Part shown: one piece after another, positions 37,337 through 47,171 of the stretch
Numbering within the stretch: the stretch's first letter is position 1
Layout of the letters: the number at the start of each line of letters is the position of its first letter
Virus record (IMG/VR): IMGVR_UViG_3300027782_000041
Source: an uncultured virus (IMG/VR IMGVR_UViG_3300027782_000041)
Taxonomy: Duplodnaviria; Heunggongvirae; Uroviricota; Caudoviricetes
Length of the DNA: 64,000 bases
Strand: one strand, 5' to 3'
Translations under genes and position numbers: made by a program
Notes under the pieces: model-generated
Told to the model about the DNA's origin: nothing
The model's input: only the letters and a program-made list of their open reading frames with translations
The model's database searches: none

Positions 37337-38233
37337 CTACTCATCGAGGCTGCTTACGACCGGTCCGGACATGGCAGCCATAGAATGTTTGCCCGAGTTC
37401 TGACGGGTCCATGAAGGATTGAGTCCGTTCATCTCTAAAATGTCATCACGTATGTTTTGATTTTTCTTTTCTATGTTCAAGATACGAGTGAAACTATTAG
37501 TGATAGCGGCAGTATAATACGCAAAAGGGTTCTGCGATTTTGACTCATCGAACTGGAGCCCGATTTGACTGAGTTGTAGCAAGGCTTGGCCTCGCATTTC
37601 TTCGTTGTATGTGTATCCACGCCAGTTACTCCTTGTAGCATATCTTTCGCATAATTTCATAAACATCAGGGCCAGTTTCTTGGTCATGTCACCGTGATCC
37701 TTGGAGAACTCTCCTGTGGCCAAATCGCCACGCCAGTGACTACGACCCACAATAAACAGTTTCTTGTCTTCATCCAGCCGAAAGTGTTCAAACGGTGGGA
37801 AGTTCACACGCACATGGTTCATATCCAGCACAGGAATGTCTATGATATCTGCCAATGAATCGTCTTCTACCACATCATCTAGATCTAAAATTTCTTCTAG
37901 CTTTCGCTTTTTTGCTTCGGCCTTGGTAATTTTTTTGGGTGCCTTGGGTATGTGATCCCAACAGGTGATACGGAACACAATTTCGGTGTTGGGAATTTTT
38001 TTAGGATCTACAATGGTACCTTCTCGCTTTAAACGGTCTGCTCGGTTGCGTCGGGCTTCGGCAATGGTACGCTGATTGATTTTGTCTATAGAAGGCAAAA
38101 TAATATCAAACTGATGATCAATTGCTCTGTCTTGATACCAACAGTAGTTGTTTTTACTGAGGTGAATTTCTTTTAAAATATCTCTGTTGTTGAGATAATT
38201 GACACGAGGTGCTGCTTTGGGTAATAAAGTCAT
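37337..38233 (-). CDS. gp55: Late-transcription sigma factor (T4 gp55-like)
   Basis: NYLNN, NWRGYTYNEEM, FDESKSQNPFAYYT...NSF.RIL..EKK motifs. Start moved to ATG 38233, which has an AGGAG SD, because the ORF-track start overlaps the promoter. Confidence 0.9.
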   Translation of the reverse strand: MTLLPKAAPRVNYLNNRDILKEIHLSKNNYCWYQDRAIDHQFDIILPSIDKINQRTIAEARRNRADRLKREGTIVDPKKIPNTEIVFRITCWDHIPKAPKKITKAEAKKRKLEEILDLDDVVEDDSLADIIDIPVLDMNHVRVNFPPFEHFRLDEDKKLFIVGRSHWRGDLATGEFSKDHGDMTKKLALMFMKLCERYATRSNWRGYTYNEEMRGQALLQLSQIGLQFDESKSQNPFAYYTAAITNSFTRILNIEKKNQNIRDDILEMNGLNPSWTRQNSGKHSMAAMSGPVVSSLDE

Positions 38234-38260
38234 GTGTGACCGGTCTCCTAATATGTACTT

Positions 38261-38288
38261 ATTGTAGCACATTTACAACAGTTGTCAA
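38261..38288 (-). promoter_or_regulatory. Sigma70-type promoter for gp55
   Basis: TTGACA-N16-TACAAT with an extended -10 TG motif. Confidence 0.7.
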
Positions 38289-38322
38289 CCTGTTTCTTAA
38301 AAGACGCCGTTTTAGAAATGGG

Positions 38323-38328
38323 TAAATA
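38323..38328 (+). promoter_or_regulatory. Late-promoter-like TAAATA for the baseplate operon
   Basis: GGTAAATAAC 18 nt upstream of ATG 38347, followed by an AGGA SD. Confidence 0.6.
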
Positions 38329-38346
38329 ACACATAGGAACACTAAT

Positions 38347-41300
38347 ATGGCAGGATACGATCCCAAAAAAGCCGCAGAATACAACCGACTGATACAGCAA
38401 GGTGTCAATCCCGAGGCCGCTATTGCACAGGCTGGAATTACCTACGAAGAACAAGGCAACTACGAAATCAATTCTGTTGGCACGTCGGCCAGCAATCGAG
38501 ATTACGGCAAGATGAGCGGGATAAGCATTGGACAAGGCAAAGTGGCTGGCGTTGACTACGACAAAGCACCAGCAGATCCGGCGCCAACTCAATCACAAAT
38601 AACACGAGTTTCTTATACTGAAACCAGTACAGAAACAGTAAGTGGTGGCGGGTCAACCACAATCACTACCGGGCCACGGTTGCCCACAGCACAAAGTCAA
38701 GAGTATGCTGCTGCCGGATCTACCAAACAGGTGGAAATTGACGAGTTTATTAAAAATAATCCCAGTAACTTTGCTCGCAAACGTCAAGGATTGCCACCGC
38801 TAACTCCTGAAGAAAATCAAGCAAGAAACTCTCAGCTAAACTCATTACAAGATCAACGCAGTCAGCTTTACAACCAACAGACGGATGCAGAAACACCAAG
38901 TGCGCCTACAATTACCAGCACACCTAATACCACCACCACCACTCAAACAGTTTCAACACAGATGTCTGCAAGCAAGGCACCGGTAAGTTTTGACCAAGAC
39001 GAGCAACTGAATCAAAGCACTGAATTACAACTTGAAAAAACAACCACTCTTGCTAATACCACTTCTTCAAGAAACAGTGGAGTTAGACCACAAAGCGACC
39101 CAAGTCAATTCCCAGCATATGATGATGAAGGTAACCTGCAACCTGGTTTTAAAATCAATGATGAAACAGGACAAACATATTATCAAGGTCAATCTCCTCC
39201 CACAAGAGACGTTGGAGTTAGACCACAAAGCGATCCAAGTCAATTCCCTGCCTATGACGATGAAGGTAACCTACAACCTGGTTTTAAAATCAATGATGAA
39301 ACAGGGCAATCATACTACGCTGGAGTTGGGCCAAACACAAGAGACACACCAGTAGGCGAAGCCAGTTGGCCCGACTACGGAACAGAATATTCAAGCCCGA
39401 CCCAAACACTATCTTATGCTGATGCAGATCAACCATTAGCTGTTAACAATCCGTACTATGGATTAAATTCCACACAATTACAAGACCTGGGCGGAGCAGA
39501 TCCCACAGATCCTTATATTCGTGCTAGACTAGGAATTCCGCAACTACCAGGATCTACACTTTTTGCCACTGGTGGCTTTGGCACAATCAAAACAGGTGTG
39601 CCGGCCATTGACTCGGCACTGGGTATTATTGGTGGCGGCATTACTTCACTGTTTTCTAACTTTTCTAGCACCATTGGCGGATTGTTTGGAGCCAAACCCA
39701 CAGCATCTGCGGTTGCCTCAACTACAGGCATGAGTGTTGCCGGACTAACAACCCCAGCAACTACTCCTCCCACAAAAGACACAGCAGTTAATCCAGCCAG
39801 TGACCCAAGTCAATTCCCGGCATATGATGATGATGGCAATCTACAACCTGGTTTTGCCATCAACGACGAAACAGGCGGAACATATTATAAAGGTGTTGGG
39901 CCAGCAACAACAGACACAGCAGTCAACCCAGCCAGTGACCCAAGTCAATTCCCGGCATATGATGATGATGGCAATCTACAACCAGGTTTTAAAATTAACG
40001 ATGAGACAGGCGGAACGTATTATGCTGGAGTTGGGCCAGGCACAACTGGTGCCAGCACTACTCTAACTACAGCAGAAACAGCAGCTCAATTTGACGGTAT
40101 ACCTCCTGGGAATGGTACCACAGTGTCGGCACTGACTGCAAAAGGCATTGACACAACTACTTTAAACGCCAATCAAGCAGATGCTTTTTACAATGGCACA
40201 GGAACATTAACTGCTGACCAACGCACAGCACAAGACCAACAAACAGCCGCAGATGCTGCAGCACTGTATCCAGGCACAAACAATACCAATCTCAAGAATA
40301 TTGATGCAGCAGGCGGAGCCATTGCCAGGAACCAAGTTGGCATTACCAATGCTGAACAAATCATTGCTGAAAACAATGCTGAACTTGCAGATCCTAATAT
40401 ATCAGACGAACGCAGAGCAGAATTAGAAGCCAACAATGCCAGTCAAGAAAATTATATTCGGTTGGCCAACGACAACACAGCAGAAAATGAACTAGTAATT
40501 GAAGCCAATGCTGATGGATATGCAGCTGGTGGCGGCAACCCTGACAGCGGACAAGGTCCTTTGGAAGTTGCAGCACTTGAAGATCCTGGGCTTGACACTC
40601 CAGTAGAAGAATCAGTAGTGGAAGTCACAGACGCAGAACTTGTTCCGTTGACTGATGAAGAAACTGCGGCGTTGGTTAAAGAAGCAGAAGAATCAGTGGT
40701 GGAAGAAACCGAAGCAGTTGATGTTGATCCTGCAGAAGATCCTGAGCTAGCTGAGCCACAAGATGAAGAGTTTGCAGTGCTAGAAGAGCCCGCTGATGTT
40801 GACCCAGAGGAAGATCCTTTTGAAGCCGCAAGACTCGAAGCAGAACAAGAACTCAATCGTCAGCAGTTGACCGAAGAAGCCACAGACGTTGAACCCGGCC
40901 TGTTTACCGGACAGACAGATGAGTTTGGTGGTGTAGATGAAGCAGTGGCTATAGAGCAAGCTGACGTTGACACACGCAACGATCCTGCGCTGTCTGAAGA
41001 AGAAATTCAAGCCGAACTTGATCAAGCTGTCGAAAGCGATGCTGCCGAAGATGTTGACCCCAATGAAGATGATGGATTGCAATTACCTCCTGGTGCAGAA
41101 GAAGATGAAGTACAAAGTGAAGAACCATTTGCGCTGAACCCCGACGAAGACCCTGCTATCGCCCAACAAGAAGGCGGCGCAGCTGAAGGGCCTAGTCCTG
41201 CAACAACCGAAGAAAGCTTCCAAGGCGCCCAAGAAGCGGCCATCAGGTCCAAAGCCGCTCAACAGGCCACGTTTCAGGCACGGTACAAACAAACAGGCAA

Positions 41301-42084
41301 TGCTGACTGGAGAGTGCGGCTGAGCCTTGGGCCCAATGCACAATACCTGTACAATGCAGGAGCTCCTGCTGGCACCAATGCAGGCATTCTTGCGCCATTG
41401 GCTGCAACAGACGGAGTAATATTCCCCTACACGCCCAATATTACCACAACATATTCAGCCAATTACGAACAGTATGATCTAGTACATTCAAACTATCGTG
41501 GCATATATTATAAAAATTCGCGAGTGGGCGACATTCAGATTCGTGGTACATTCACAGCTCAAGACACCACAGAAGCTGATTACCTGCTGGCTGTGATACA
41601 CTTCTTCCGTTCAGCAACCAAAATGTTCTATGGACAAGATGCCGAGCGCGGCACACCGCCTCCTGTGTGTTTGTTGAATGGCCTGGGACAGTATCAGTTC
41701 TCTGATCATCCAGTGGTAATATCGTCATTTAATTACACCCTGCCCAATGATGTTGACTACATACGAGCAGGCAGTCCTAACAATTACGGTGTTAATCTGT
41801 TGAATCGTCGTGCCGCAGTGGCCAGTAACCCAGGCGGTCAGAGTCTAGCAGGATTGAATAGATTGACCAATGCCTTGCTCAAGAAAGGCGCTCCGGGAAC
41901 AGGTATACCAAGCCCCAGCGCAATTCAACAAAATGTCAGCAACACTGCCGGAGCAAGTTATGTACCAACCAAGATGGAAATTGATATTACTTTGATACCT
42001 GTACAAACACGCAGCCAAGTCAGCAAACAATTCAGTCTCAAAGGCTTTGCTAACGGACAATTGCTCAAAGGAGGATTCTGGTAA
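38347..42084 (+). CDS. Baseplate/tail-tube initiator-like protein (gp48/gp54-type C-terminal domain) with a very long repetitive, acidic N-terminus
   Basis: C-terminal DWRVRLSL...GVIFPYTP...HSNY...HFFRSATKMFYG...PPP...LNG.G...VVISSFNY.LP.DVDY. About 980 aa of low-complexity sequence precede it. Confidence 0.65.
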   Translation: MAGYDPKKAAEYNRLIQQGVNPEAAIAQAGITYEEQGNYEINSVGTSASNRDYGKMSGISIGQGKVAGVDYDKAPADPAPTQSQITRVSYTETSTETVSGGGSTTITTGPRLPTAQSQEYAAAGSTKQVEIDEFIKNNPSNFARKRQGLPPLTPEENQARNSQLNSLQDQRSQLYNQQTDAETPSAPTITSTPNTTTTTQTVSTQMSASKAPVSFDQDEQLNQSTELQLEKTTTLANTTSSRNSGVRPQSDPSQFPAYDDEGNLQPGFKINDETGQTYYQGQSPPTRDVGVRPQSDPSQFPAYDDEGNLQPGFKINDETGQSYYAGVGPNTRDTPVGEASWPDYGTEYSSPTQTLSYADADQPLAVNNPYYGLNSTQLQDLGGADPTDPYIRARLGIPQLPGSTLFATGGFGTIKTGVPAIDSALGIIGGGITSLFSNFSSTIGGLFGAKPTASAVASTTGMSVAGLTTPATTPPTKDTAVNPASDPSQFPAYDDDGNLQPGFAINDETGGTYYKGVGPATTDTAVNPASDPSQFPAYDDDGNLQPGFKINDETGGTYYAGVGPGTTGASTTLTTAETAAQFDGIPPGNGTTVSALTAKGIDTTTLNANQADAFYNGTGTLTADQRTAQDQQTAADAAALYPGTNNTNLKNIDAAGGAIARNQVGITNAEQIIAENNAELADPNISDERRAELEANNASQENYIRLANDNTAENELVIEANADGYAAGGGNPDSGQGPLEVAALEDPGLDTPVEESVVEVTDAELVPLTDEETAALVKEAEESVVEETEAVDVDPAEDPELAEPQDEEFAVLEEPADVDPEEDPFEAARLEAEQELNRQQLTEEATDVEPGLFTGQTDEFGGVDEAVAIEQADVDTRNDPALSEEEIQAELDQAVESDAAEDVDPNEDDGLQLPPGAEEDEVQSEEPFALNPDEDPAIAQQEGGAAEGPSPATTEESFQGAQEAAIRSKAAQQATFQARYKQTGNADWRVRLSLGPNAQYLYNAGAPAGTNAGILAPLAATDGVIFPYTPNITTTYSANYEQYDLVHSNYRGIYYKNSRVGDIQIRGTFTAQDTTEADYLLAVIHFFRSATKMFYGQDAERGTPPPVCLLNGLGQYQFSDHPVVISSFNYTLPNDVDYIRAGSPNNYGVNLLNRRAAVASNPGGQSLAGLNRLTNALLKKGAPGTGIPSPSAIQQNVSNTAGASYVPTKMEIDITLIPVQTRSQVSKQFSLKGFANGQLLKGGFW
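39079..40037 (+). repeat. Four copies of an approximately 35-40-aa peptide repeat, in two tandem pairs with 135-nt period
   Basis: P(Q/A)SDPSQFPAYDD(E/D)GNLQPGF(K/A)INDETGxxYY starting near 39079, 39214, 39778 and 39913. Confidence 0.9.
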
Positions 42085-42383
42085 TGGCCACATACGATTC
42101 AACCAGTCCATATTATGAAACAGGATACTCGCAATTTTATCTTGATGTCCTGGTCAACAGGCCCATTCCCAAAGAGGATGACGATCAGATTTTTGTGATC
42201 AACACCACTTATCAGTATCGACCAGACATGCTGGCCTTTGACCTTTATGACAATGCCACATTGTGGTGGGTATTCTATCAGCGCAACCCCAACACCTTGC
42301 AGGCACCGCCCTTGGATTTCAAAGTTGGAACACAGATCTTTTTACCAAAAATTACCACGCTGAAATCAGTCCTGGGATTCTAA
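42084..42383 (+). CDS. gp53: Baseplate wedge LysM-like protein (T4 gp53-like)
   Basis: YQYRPDMLAFDLYDNATLWWVF...N motif. Confidence 0.8.
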   Translation: MATYDSTSPYYETGYSQFYLDVLVNRPIPKEDDDQIFVINTTYQYRPDMLAFDLYDNATLWWVFYQRNPNTLQAPPLDFKVGTQIFLPKITTLKSVLGF

Positions 42384-42386
42384 CAT

Positions 42387-45300
42387 ATGGCCTATGAAAT
42401 TAAACGCCAAGAGTCTACAGGCTTATTCATAGTCGTTGACACAGATACTGGAAAAAATATATCGCGTGCCGAGCTACCATCTGATGCAATTAACCTTGCA
42501 ATTCAAAAAGGTATGCCAGAAGAAAACAAACAAGGCCTGCTGACCGAAGCACGAGTTGTAGTTGACAAAGAAAATTCCGAGCAACAACAACCTGCGCAAA
42601 CTGCCAGTCAGGCAGCACAAGATGATGCGGCCAAGGGTCCTAATGCCCCAGAACCAGCACAAGTAAACCCCAAAGGTCGCATAGTTGCACCACCAGACAC
42701 CCCTGCTTCTAGCAATGCAGAAACACCAGTCACATCCGACACAGGTGGAGACACAGGAACCAATGACCCGGTTCGTACCACTGAACAAACACAGTCAACA
42801 TACTACGAAAACGACGGTACCAGTCCAGGTGCAGTAATAGCGGACAACAACAGCACCAGTCCCGGTGCAGTAATAGAGGGCGGAACTGCAACCAAAGATG
42901 ACGCGGCCTCTACAACCACTTCAACAAAACAAACTGAAGTCAATGCGGCCAACAACAACACAATAAAAGTAACTGCACAACCCAACATACTGGATGATTT
43001 TTACAGCTACACATATTCAGCATCAGTTTATCTACTAAAACCTGAACAGTACACTAGATTGTTAAACAGCAGCACAAAAAAGATTGATGGATATAATTTA
43101 TTATTTCGGAGTGGTGGTGCATCAACCAACGTCGGCGGAGTAAGACCTCCACCCAGTGCTGGCGGCCCAACAGAAACAGAGTATGGTGCTTTTGGTGAAG
43201 AACCAGTGACACTGCCCGACGGCGGCCGTAGTCCTTTCTTCCCTGATGATTTTTATATTGATTCTGTAATAATTGAAAATCAAATTTTAGGCAAAGGCAC
43301 CGGTGCTGCACACATGGCAACTAGTATTAAATTCACAGTGATTGAACCGCAAGGAATTACACTGCTGGACCGGTTGTACCAAGCCGTGGCCAATAATGAG
43401 CCCAAAGACGGTGCTGGAAAAGTAAATTACACAGCTGCCTTGTATCTCATGGTCATAAGATTTTATGGATACGACCAAGATGGCAATATACAGTTGCCAA
43501 TCAAGGGAGGCCTGCAATCAGCTTCTAATACCAGCGATCCCAAGGCCGCTGTGGAAAAGTTTATTCCTTTCCAACTTACCAAAGTAAATTGGAGCATTGG
43601 CTCTAAAACAGTTTCTTACGATTTTGAAGGAGCACCAGTTGGTCAGATACAAGGTGGATATACCTCAAGAGGTACTATCCCTTATGATGTGCAATTGTCT
43701 GATATGACTGTGGGAGGGTTACTAGGTGCTGATGTCAAATATGCTCCTGATGCTCCGCCAGCAGCCACCCCGGGAAAAAGCACCACAACAAATAAACCAG
43801 CAACACAGGCCAGTGTTAGAGCAGTAGACAATGCTATAGAGGCGGCGCCACCGGCACCGGCAAAGGCCAGCGCGGCACAGTCAAAGAAAGTAGTTACCCA
43901 GGGACTGATGGGAGCCATGAACCAGTTCCAACAAGATCTGGTCACTCGCGGAGTTTATGCAATTGCAGATGAGTATTCAATTGAATTTGTTGGAGTAGAA
44001 GGTCTAGCTGCTGCGGCAGATATTTCAGGAGCAAAACTTCAAACTGCCAATACAAAAATTGACAAAGGCAAAGCACCAATGCCAAAGCCTGCAACAAAAA
44101 GCGGCGGCACTGAAAATTTGAATCCAGATAAAACTCAAGTGGACAATGTGAGTCGTAGTTTTAGTATCACTGCTGGACAACAAATTTTACAAGCCATTGA
44201 ACTGGCCATTCGTAATTCTGAATACATCAGCAAACAAAGTTTGGTTACCAAAAACCCTGACGGATCGCAAGAAGTCAACAACACCAAAACCGATCCAGTA
44301 AAGTGGTTCAACATTACCATGAGTGCAGAACGTCAGCCAGGCGGCCTTGATCGCAAGCGCAATGACTACGCCTACAAAATAAAGTACACTGTGATGCCGT
44401 ATGCATTGAAAAATTTAGATAGTCAGTATTTTCCTTACAGCAAATTCAGTGGCGTACACAAGAGTTATCCGTTTTGGTTCACTGGTAAAAACACTGCGGT
44501 AAGAGATTATCAGGAAACATTGAACACAATGTTCACGGCTACCATCAGCGGTAGCGCACCAGATAACAGCTTGAATGCCATTGCCAACAGCAAGGCCACC
44601 AGTAGTATGTACGACATTGTGAGATACAATTACAGCCCTCGCAGCAATCAAAGTAGTCAGGGTGCTGATGGTGCAACATTTGAACCCAATGCCAACGCAG
44701 CCGAGGTGATATACAATGCTTCAGACTTGGCAGAAGCCAAAGTAAAAATTATCGGAGACCCTGCATGGGTTCAGCAAGGCAGCACGTTTAGACCTATTAC
44801 CGAAGGAACGATCAGTGCCAACACTGCTAGAACTGGGTTTGAACCTGACGGGACCATATCCTTTGACACTCAAGATGTGCTATTTGAAATGTTGTGGCAA
44901 CGACCAGAAGACTATAATCTTGGCACCGGCCTAGCAGATCCCTATGCTCGCACCAGCGCCAACGACGGCGGTAAACGACAACCGTTGCAAAGTAGAGTAT
45001 ATCAAGCCACCAAGGTTGTGAGTGAATTTAAGAACGGAGCATTTGAACAGACACTGAACGGTTCAATATTTAGATTTCCAATACCTGGCAAAAACAACAC
45101 TGCCAACCCATCAGCGGCAGCATCTACCGGTGCTACAGATGCTGCTGCCACAGAAGGAAGAAATCAGTCTGCAGCAGAAACAGCACGACTTGGACGTCAA
45201 AACAGTAATGGTAGATTACCAACTGGAAAAACCACAGCCGCCAATGAAGTTATTGCAGGGCGCAGTGCGTTTGCAGATAAAACTGCCGCACTCAGCGCAC

Positions 45301-45644
45301 AAGGGGCTTACAAACAAGCAACATTTGCAACAACCCCAGCCGGCGCTGCGTTTGGTAATCCAAACATCACTAGACAAGGTATCACCGCCGGAGCAACAAT
45401 ACTACCATCTGGTCCGCCATCGGTACCCACTAACGGAACTGGTGGCTCGGTGAGTCCAGGGGCGGATCCTAATTCCGCAGCACAGGCAGTTGGAGATGTT
45501 CCGCCTAAATTGCCCGGCAGACCTGTAACGCCAGGTAGTCTAAGAGCAAGGCAACTTGAACTCCAGGTTGCTCGATTAAACGCAGAAGCAGGCAATCCAA
45601 ATAGTGCCACCAACCCTGCAAATCAACAAATGGCAAAGGATTAA
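42387..45644 (+). CDS. Baseplate hub-like protein (gp27-type position)
   Basis: NILDDFYSYTY, IKFTVIEPQG and KIIGDPAW motifs. Lies between gp53 and gp5. Confidence 0.55.
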   Translation: MAYEIKRQESTGLFIVVDTDTGKNISRAELPSDAINLAIQKGMPEENKQGLLTEARVVVDKENSEQQQPAQTASQAAQDDAAKGPNAPEPAQVNPKGRIVAPPDTPASSNAETPVTSDTGGDTGTNDPVRTTEQTQSTYYENDGTSPGAVIADNNSTSPGAVIEGGTATKDDAASTTTSTKQTEVNAANNNTIKVTAQPNILDDFYSYTYSASVYLLKPEQYTRLLNSSTKKIDGYNLLFRSGGASTNVGGVRPPPSAGGPTETEYGAFGEEPVTLPDGGRSPFFPDDFYIDSVIIENQILGKGTGAAHMATSIKFTVIEPQGITLLDRLYQAVANNEPKDGAGKVNYTAALYLMVIRFYGYDQDGNIQLPIKGGLQSASNTSDPKAAVEKFIPFQLTKVNWSIGSKTVSYDFEGAPVGQIQGGYTSRGTIPYDVQLSDMTVGGLLGADVKYAPDAPPAATPGKSTTTNKPATQASVRAVDNAIEAAPPAPAKASAAQSKKVVTQGLMGAMNQFQQDLVTRGVYAIADEYSIEFVGVEGLAAAADISGAKLQTANTKIDKGKAPMPKPATKSGGTENLNPDKTQVDNVSRSFSITAGQQILQAIELAIRNSEYISKQSLVTKNPDGSQEVNNTKTDPVKWFNITMSAERQPGGLDRKRNDYAYKIKYTVMPYALKNLDSQYFPYSKFSGVHKSYPFWFTGKNTAVRDYQETLNTMFTATISGSAPDNSLNAIANSKATSSMYDIVRYNYSPRSNQSSQGADGATFEPNANAAEVIYNASDLAEAKVKIIGDPAWVQQGSTFRPITEGTISANTARTGFEPDGTISFDTQDVLFEMLWQRPEDYNLGTGLADPYARTSANDGGKRQPLQSRVYQATKVVSEFKNGAFEQTLNGSIFRFPIPGKNNTANPSAAASTGATDAAATEGRNQSAAETARLGRQNSNGRLPTGKTTAANEVIAGRSAFADKTAALSAQGAYKQATFATTPAGAAFGNPNITRQGITAGATILPSGPPSVPTNGTGGSVSPGADPNSAAQAVGDVPPKLPGRPVTPGSLRARQLELQVARLNAEAGNPNSATNPANQQMAKD

Positions 45645-45646
45645 CA

Positions 45647-47170
45647 ATGGCAGAAAATGCACCACGCAGTAAAGGTCGTCCCAGTAATTACAAACAAGAC
45701 CGCGGTGGAGTGCCCGCAGAGTTTGGTCCGTTTACCGGTGTGGTGATGAGCACTGTAGATCCCACAAGGTCTGGCCGCCTGCGTGTGTATATAGAAGCAT
45801 TTGCAGACGGTGGCGAAGGTGCCATGGATGACGATGCCAAATGGACCACAGTAAGTTATATGCCATCCTTTTATGGAAACACGCCACTAAGTGACTCCAA
45901 GGGTGCTACTGATGGTCTTGGCGCCTATCCAGGCAATCCCACCAGTTACGGCATGTGGTTTACACCTCCTGATGTGGGAGTGACGGTAATTTGTATATTT
46001 GTCAACGGTGATCGTAGCCAAGGTTTCTACATTGGCGTGATACCAGAACAAGGGCTGGGACACATGATACCCGCCAATGGGTCAGTAACCAAGGCACGAG
46101 CAGACATACAGAACCAAAATCAAGAAACTTATTTTGCTGATGCTGCCAGATTACCAGTTACAGAAATCAACGTAAACAATGATGGCGTGTTCAATGACCC
46201 AAGATTTTATGATCAAACTAAACCAGTGCAAGGATATCTTGCCCAGTCCTTGTTGCAACAAGGATTGATCACAGACCTAGAACGAGGCACCATCCAAAGC
46301 TCAAGTCAACGAGAAACACCCAGCGCAGTATTTGGAATCAGCACACCAGGCACAGCCATTTATCAAGGCGGCATGGCACCTAATGATATTAGAACCAAAC
46401 TCAATGCAGGTGAAATCAAACCCGGTGATGCCAGAGTAATTGGTCGAGTAGGCGGACACAGTCTGGTCATGGACGATGGCGACCTGGATGGAAACAATGC
46501 TATGTTACGGTTGAGAACCAGCCTTGGCCATCAAATTACCATGAGTGATACAGGCAACTTCTTTTACATTATACATGCCAATGGACAAACTTGGTTGGAG
46601 TTTGGAGTAGAAGGTACTGTGGATGTGTATGCCACAAACTCAGTAAACGTGCGCACCAAGGGAGATATCAATCTGCATGCTGACCGCGACATCAACATGT
46701 TTGCCGGCCGTTATTTAAAAATGAAAAGCAAACAAGACATGCAGATAGAGTCAGGAACGTTTTTGGCCATGCAAGCACAAGAAGATATCACTTTGTACAG
46801 TAAAAGCACAATAGGGATCAAAGCAGATGGCACACTTACACTAAACAGCGCATCGGGTTCCTGGGGTGCAGGATCTACACTGGCACTACAGGCAGGCGGC
46901 ATTGATCTCAACGGACCTGCAGCAGGCCGAGTGACCACACCACAACCTCTAACCAAAACACTCTTGGACGATACTGAATGGGATACCAGCAAAGGGTGGA
47001 TAGTCAAACCGCAGGGACTTGAAAGCATTGTGAATCGAGCAGCCACACACGAACCGTATCCTTATCACAACAAGGGTGTGGATGTTGAGATTGCTTTTGA
47101 AGAAGGCAAGCCAAGTCCGCCACCAGGCGCTGTGCCTGTGCCCGCAGGCGTAGAGATCAAGGCACAATAA
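45647..47170 (+). CDS. gp5: Baseplate central spike protein (gp5/VgrG-like OB fold plus beta-helix, no lysozyme domain seen)
   Basis: DPTRSGRLRVYI, YGMWFTPPDVG..V.CIF, GHSLVMDD, RT.LGHQI.M.D and DINLHADRDINM repeats. Confidence 0.8.
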   Translation: MAENAPRSKGRPSNYKQDRGGVPAEFGPFTGVVMSTVDPTRSGRLRVYIEAFADGGEGAMDDDAKWTTVSYMPSFYGNTPLSDSKGATDGLGAYPGNPTSYGMWFTPPDVGVTVICIFVNGDRSQGFYIGVIPEQGLGHMIPANGSVTKARADIQNQNQETYFADAARLPVTEINVNNDGVFNDPRFYDQTKPVQGYLAQSLLQQGLITDLERGTIQSSSQRETPSAVFGISTPGTAIYQGGMAPNDIRTKLNAGEIKPGDARVIGRVGGHSLVMDDGDLDGNNAMLRLRTSLGHQITMSDTGNFFYIIHANGQTWLEFGVEGTVDVYATNSVNVRTKGDINLHADRDINMFAGRYLKMKSKQDMQIESGTFLAMQAQEDITLYSKSTIGIKADGTLTLNSASGSWGAGSTLALQAGGIDLNGPAAGRVTTPQPLTKTLLDDTEWDTSKGWIVKPQGLESIVNRAATHEPYPYHNKGVDVEIAFEEGKPSPPPGAVPVPAGVEIKAQ

Positions 47171-47171
47171 C

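Noticed and set aside
38234..38272. ORF-track start of gp55 at 38272 (MCYNKYILGDRSH)
   Set aside because: It overlaps the -10 element. ATG 38233 has an AGGAG SD and is more plausible.
39079..40037. CRISPR array or diversity-generating retroelement repeats
   Set aside because: The repeats are in-frame coding units that differ mostly at synonymous sites. No unique spacers of constant length, no adenine-specific variation, and no cas or RT gene.
42819..42880. 36-nt-period repeat (TSPGAVI twice) in the hub-like gene
   Set aside because: A two-copy micro-duplication in a low-complexity linker with no sign of a separate function.
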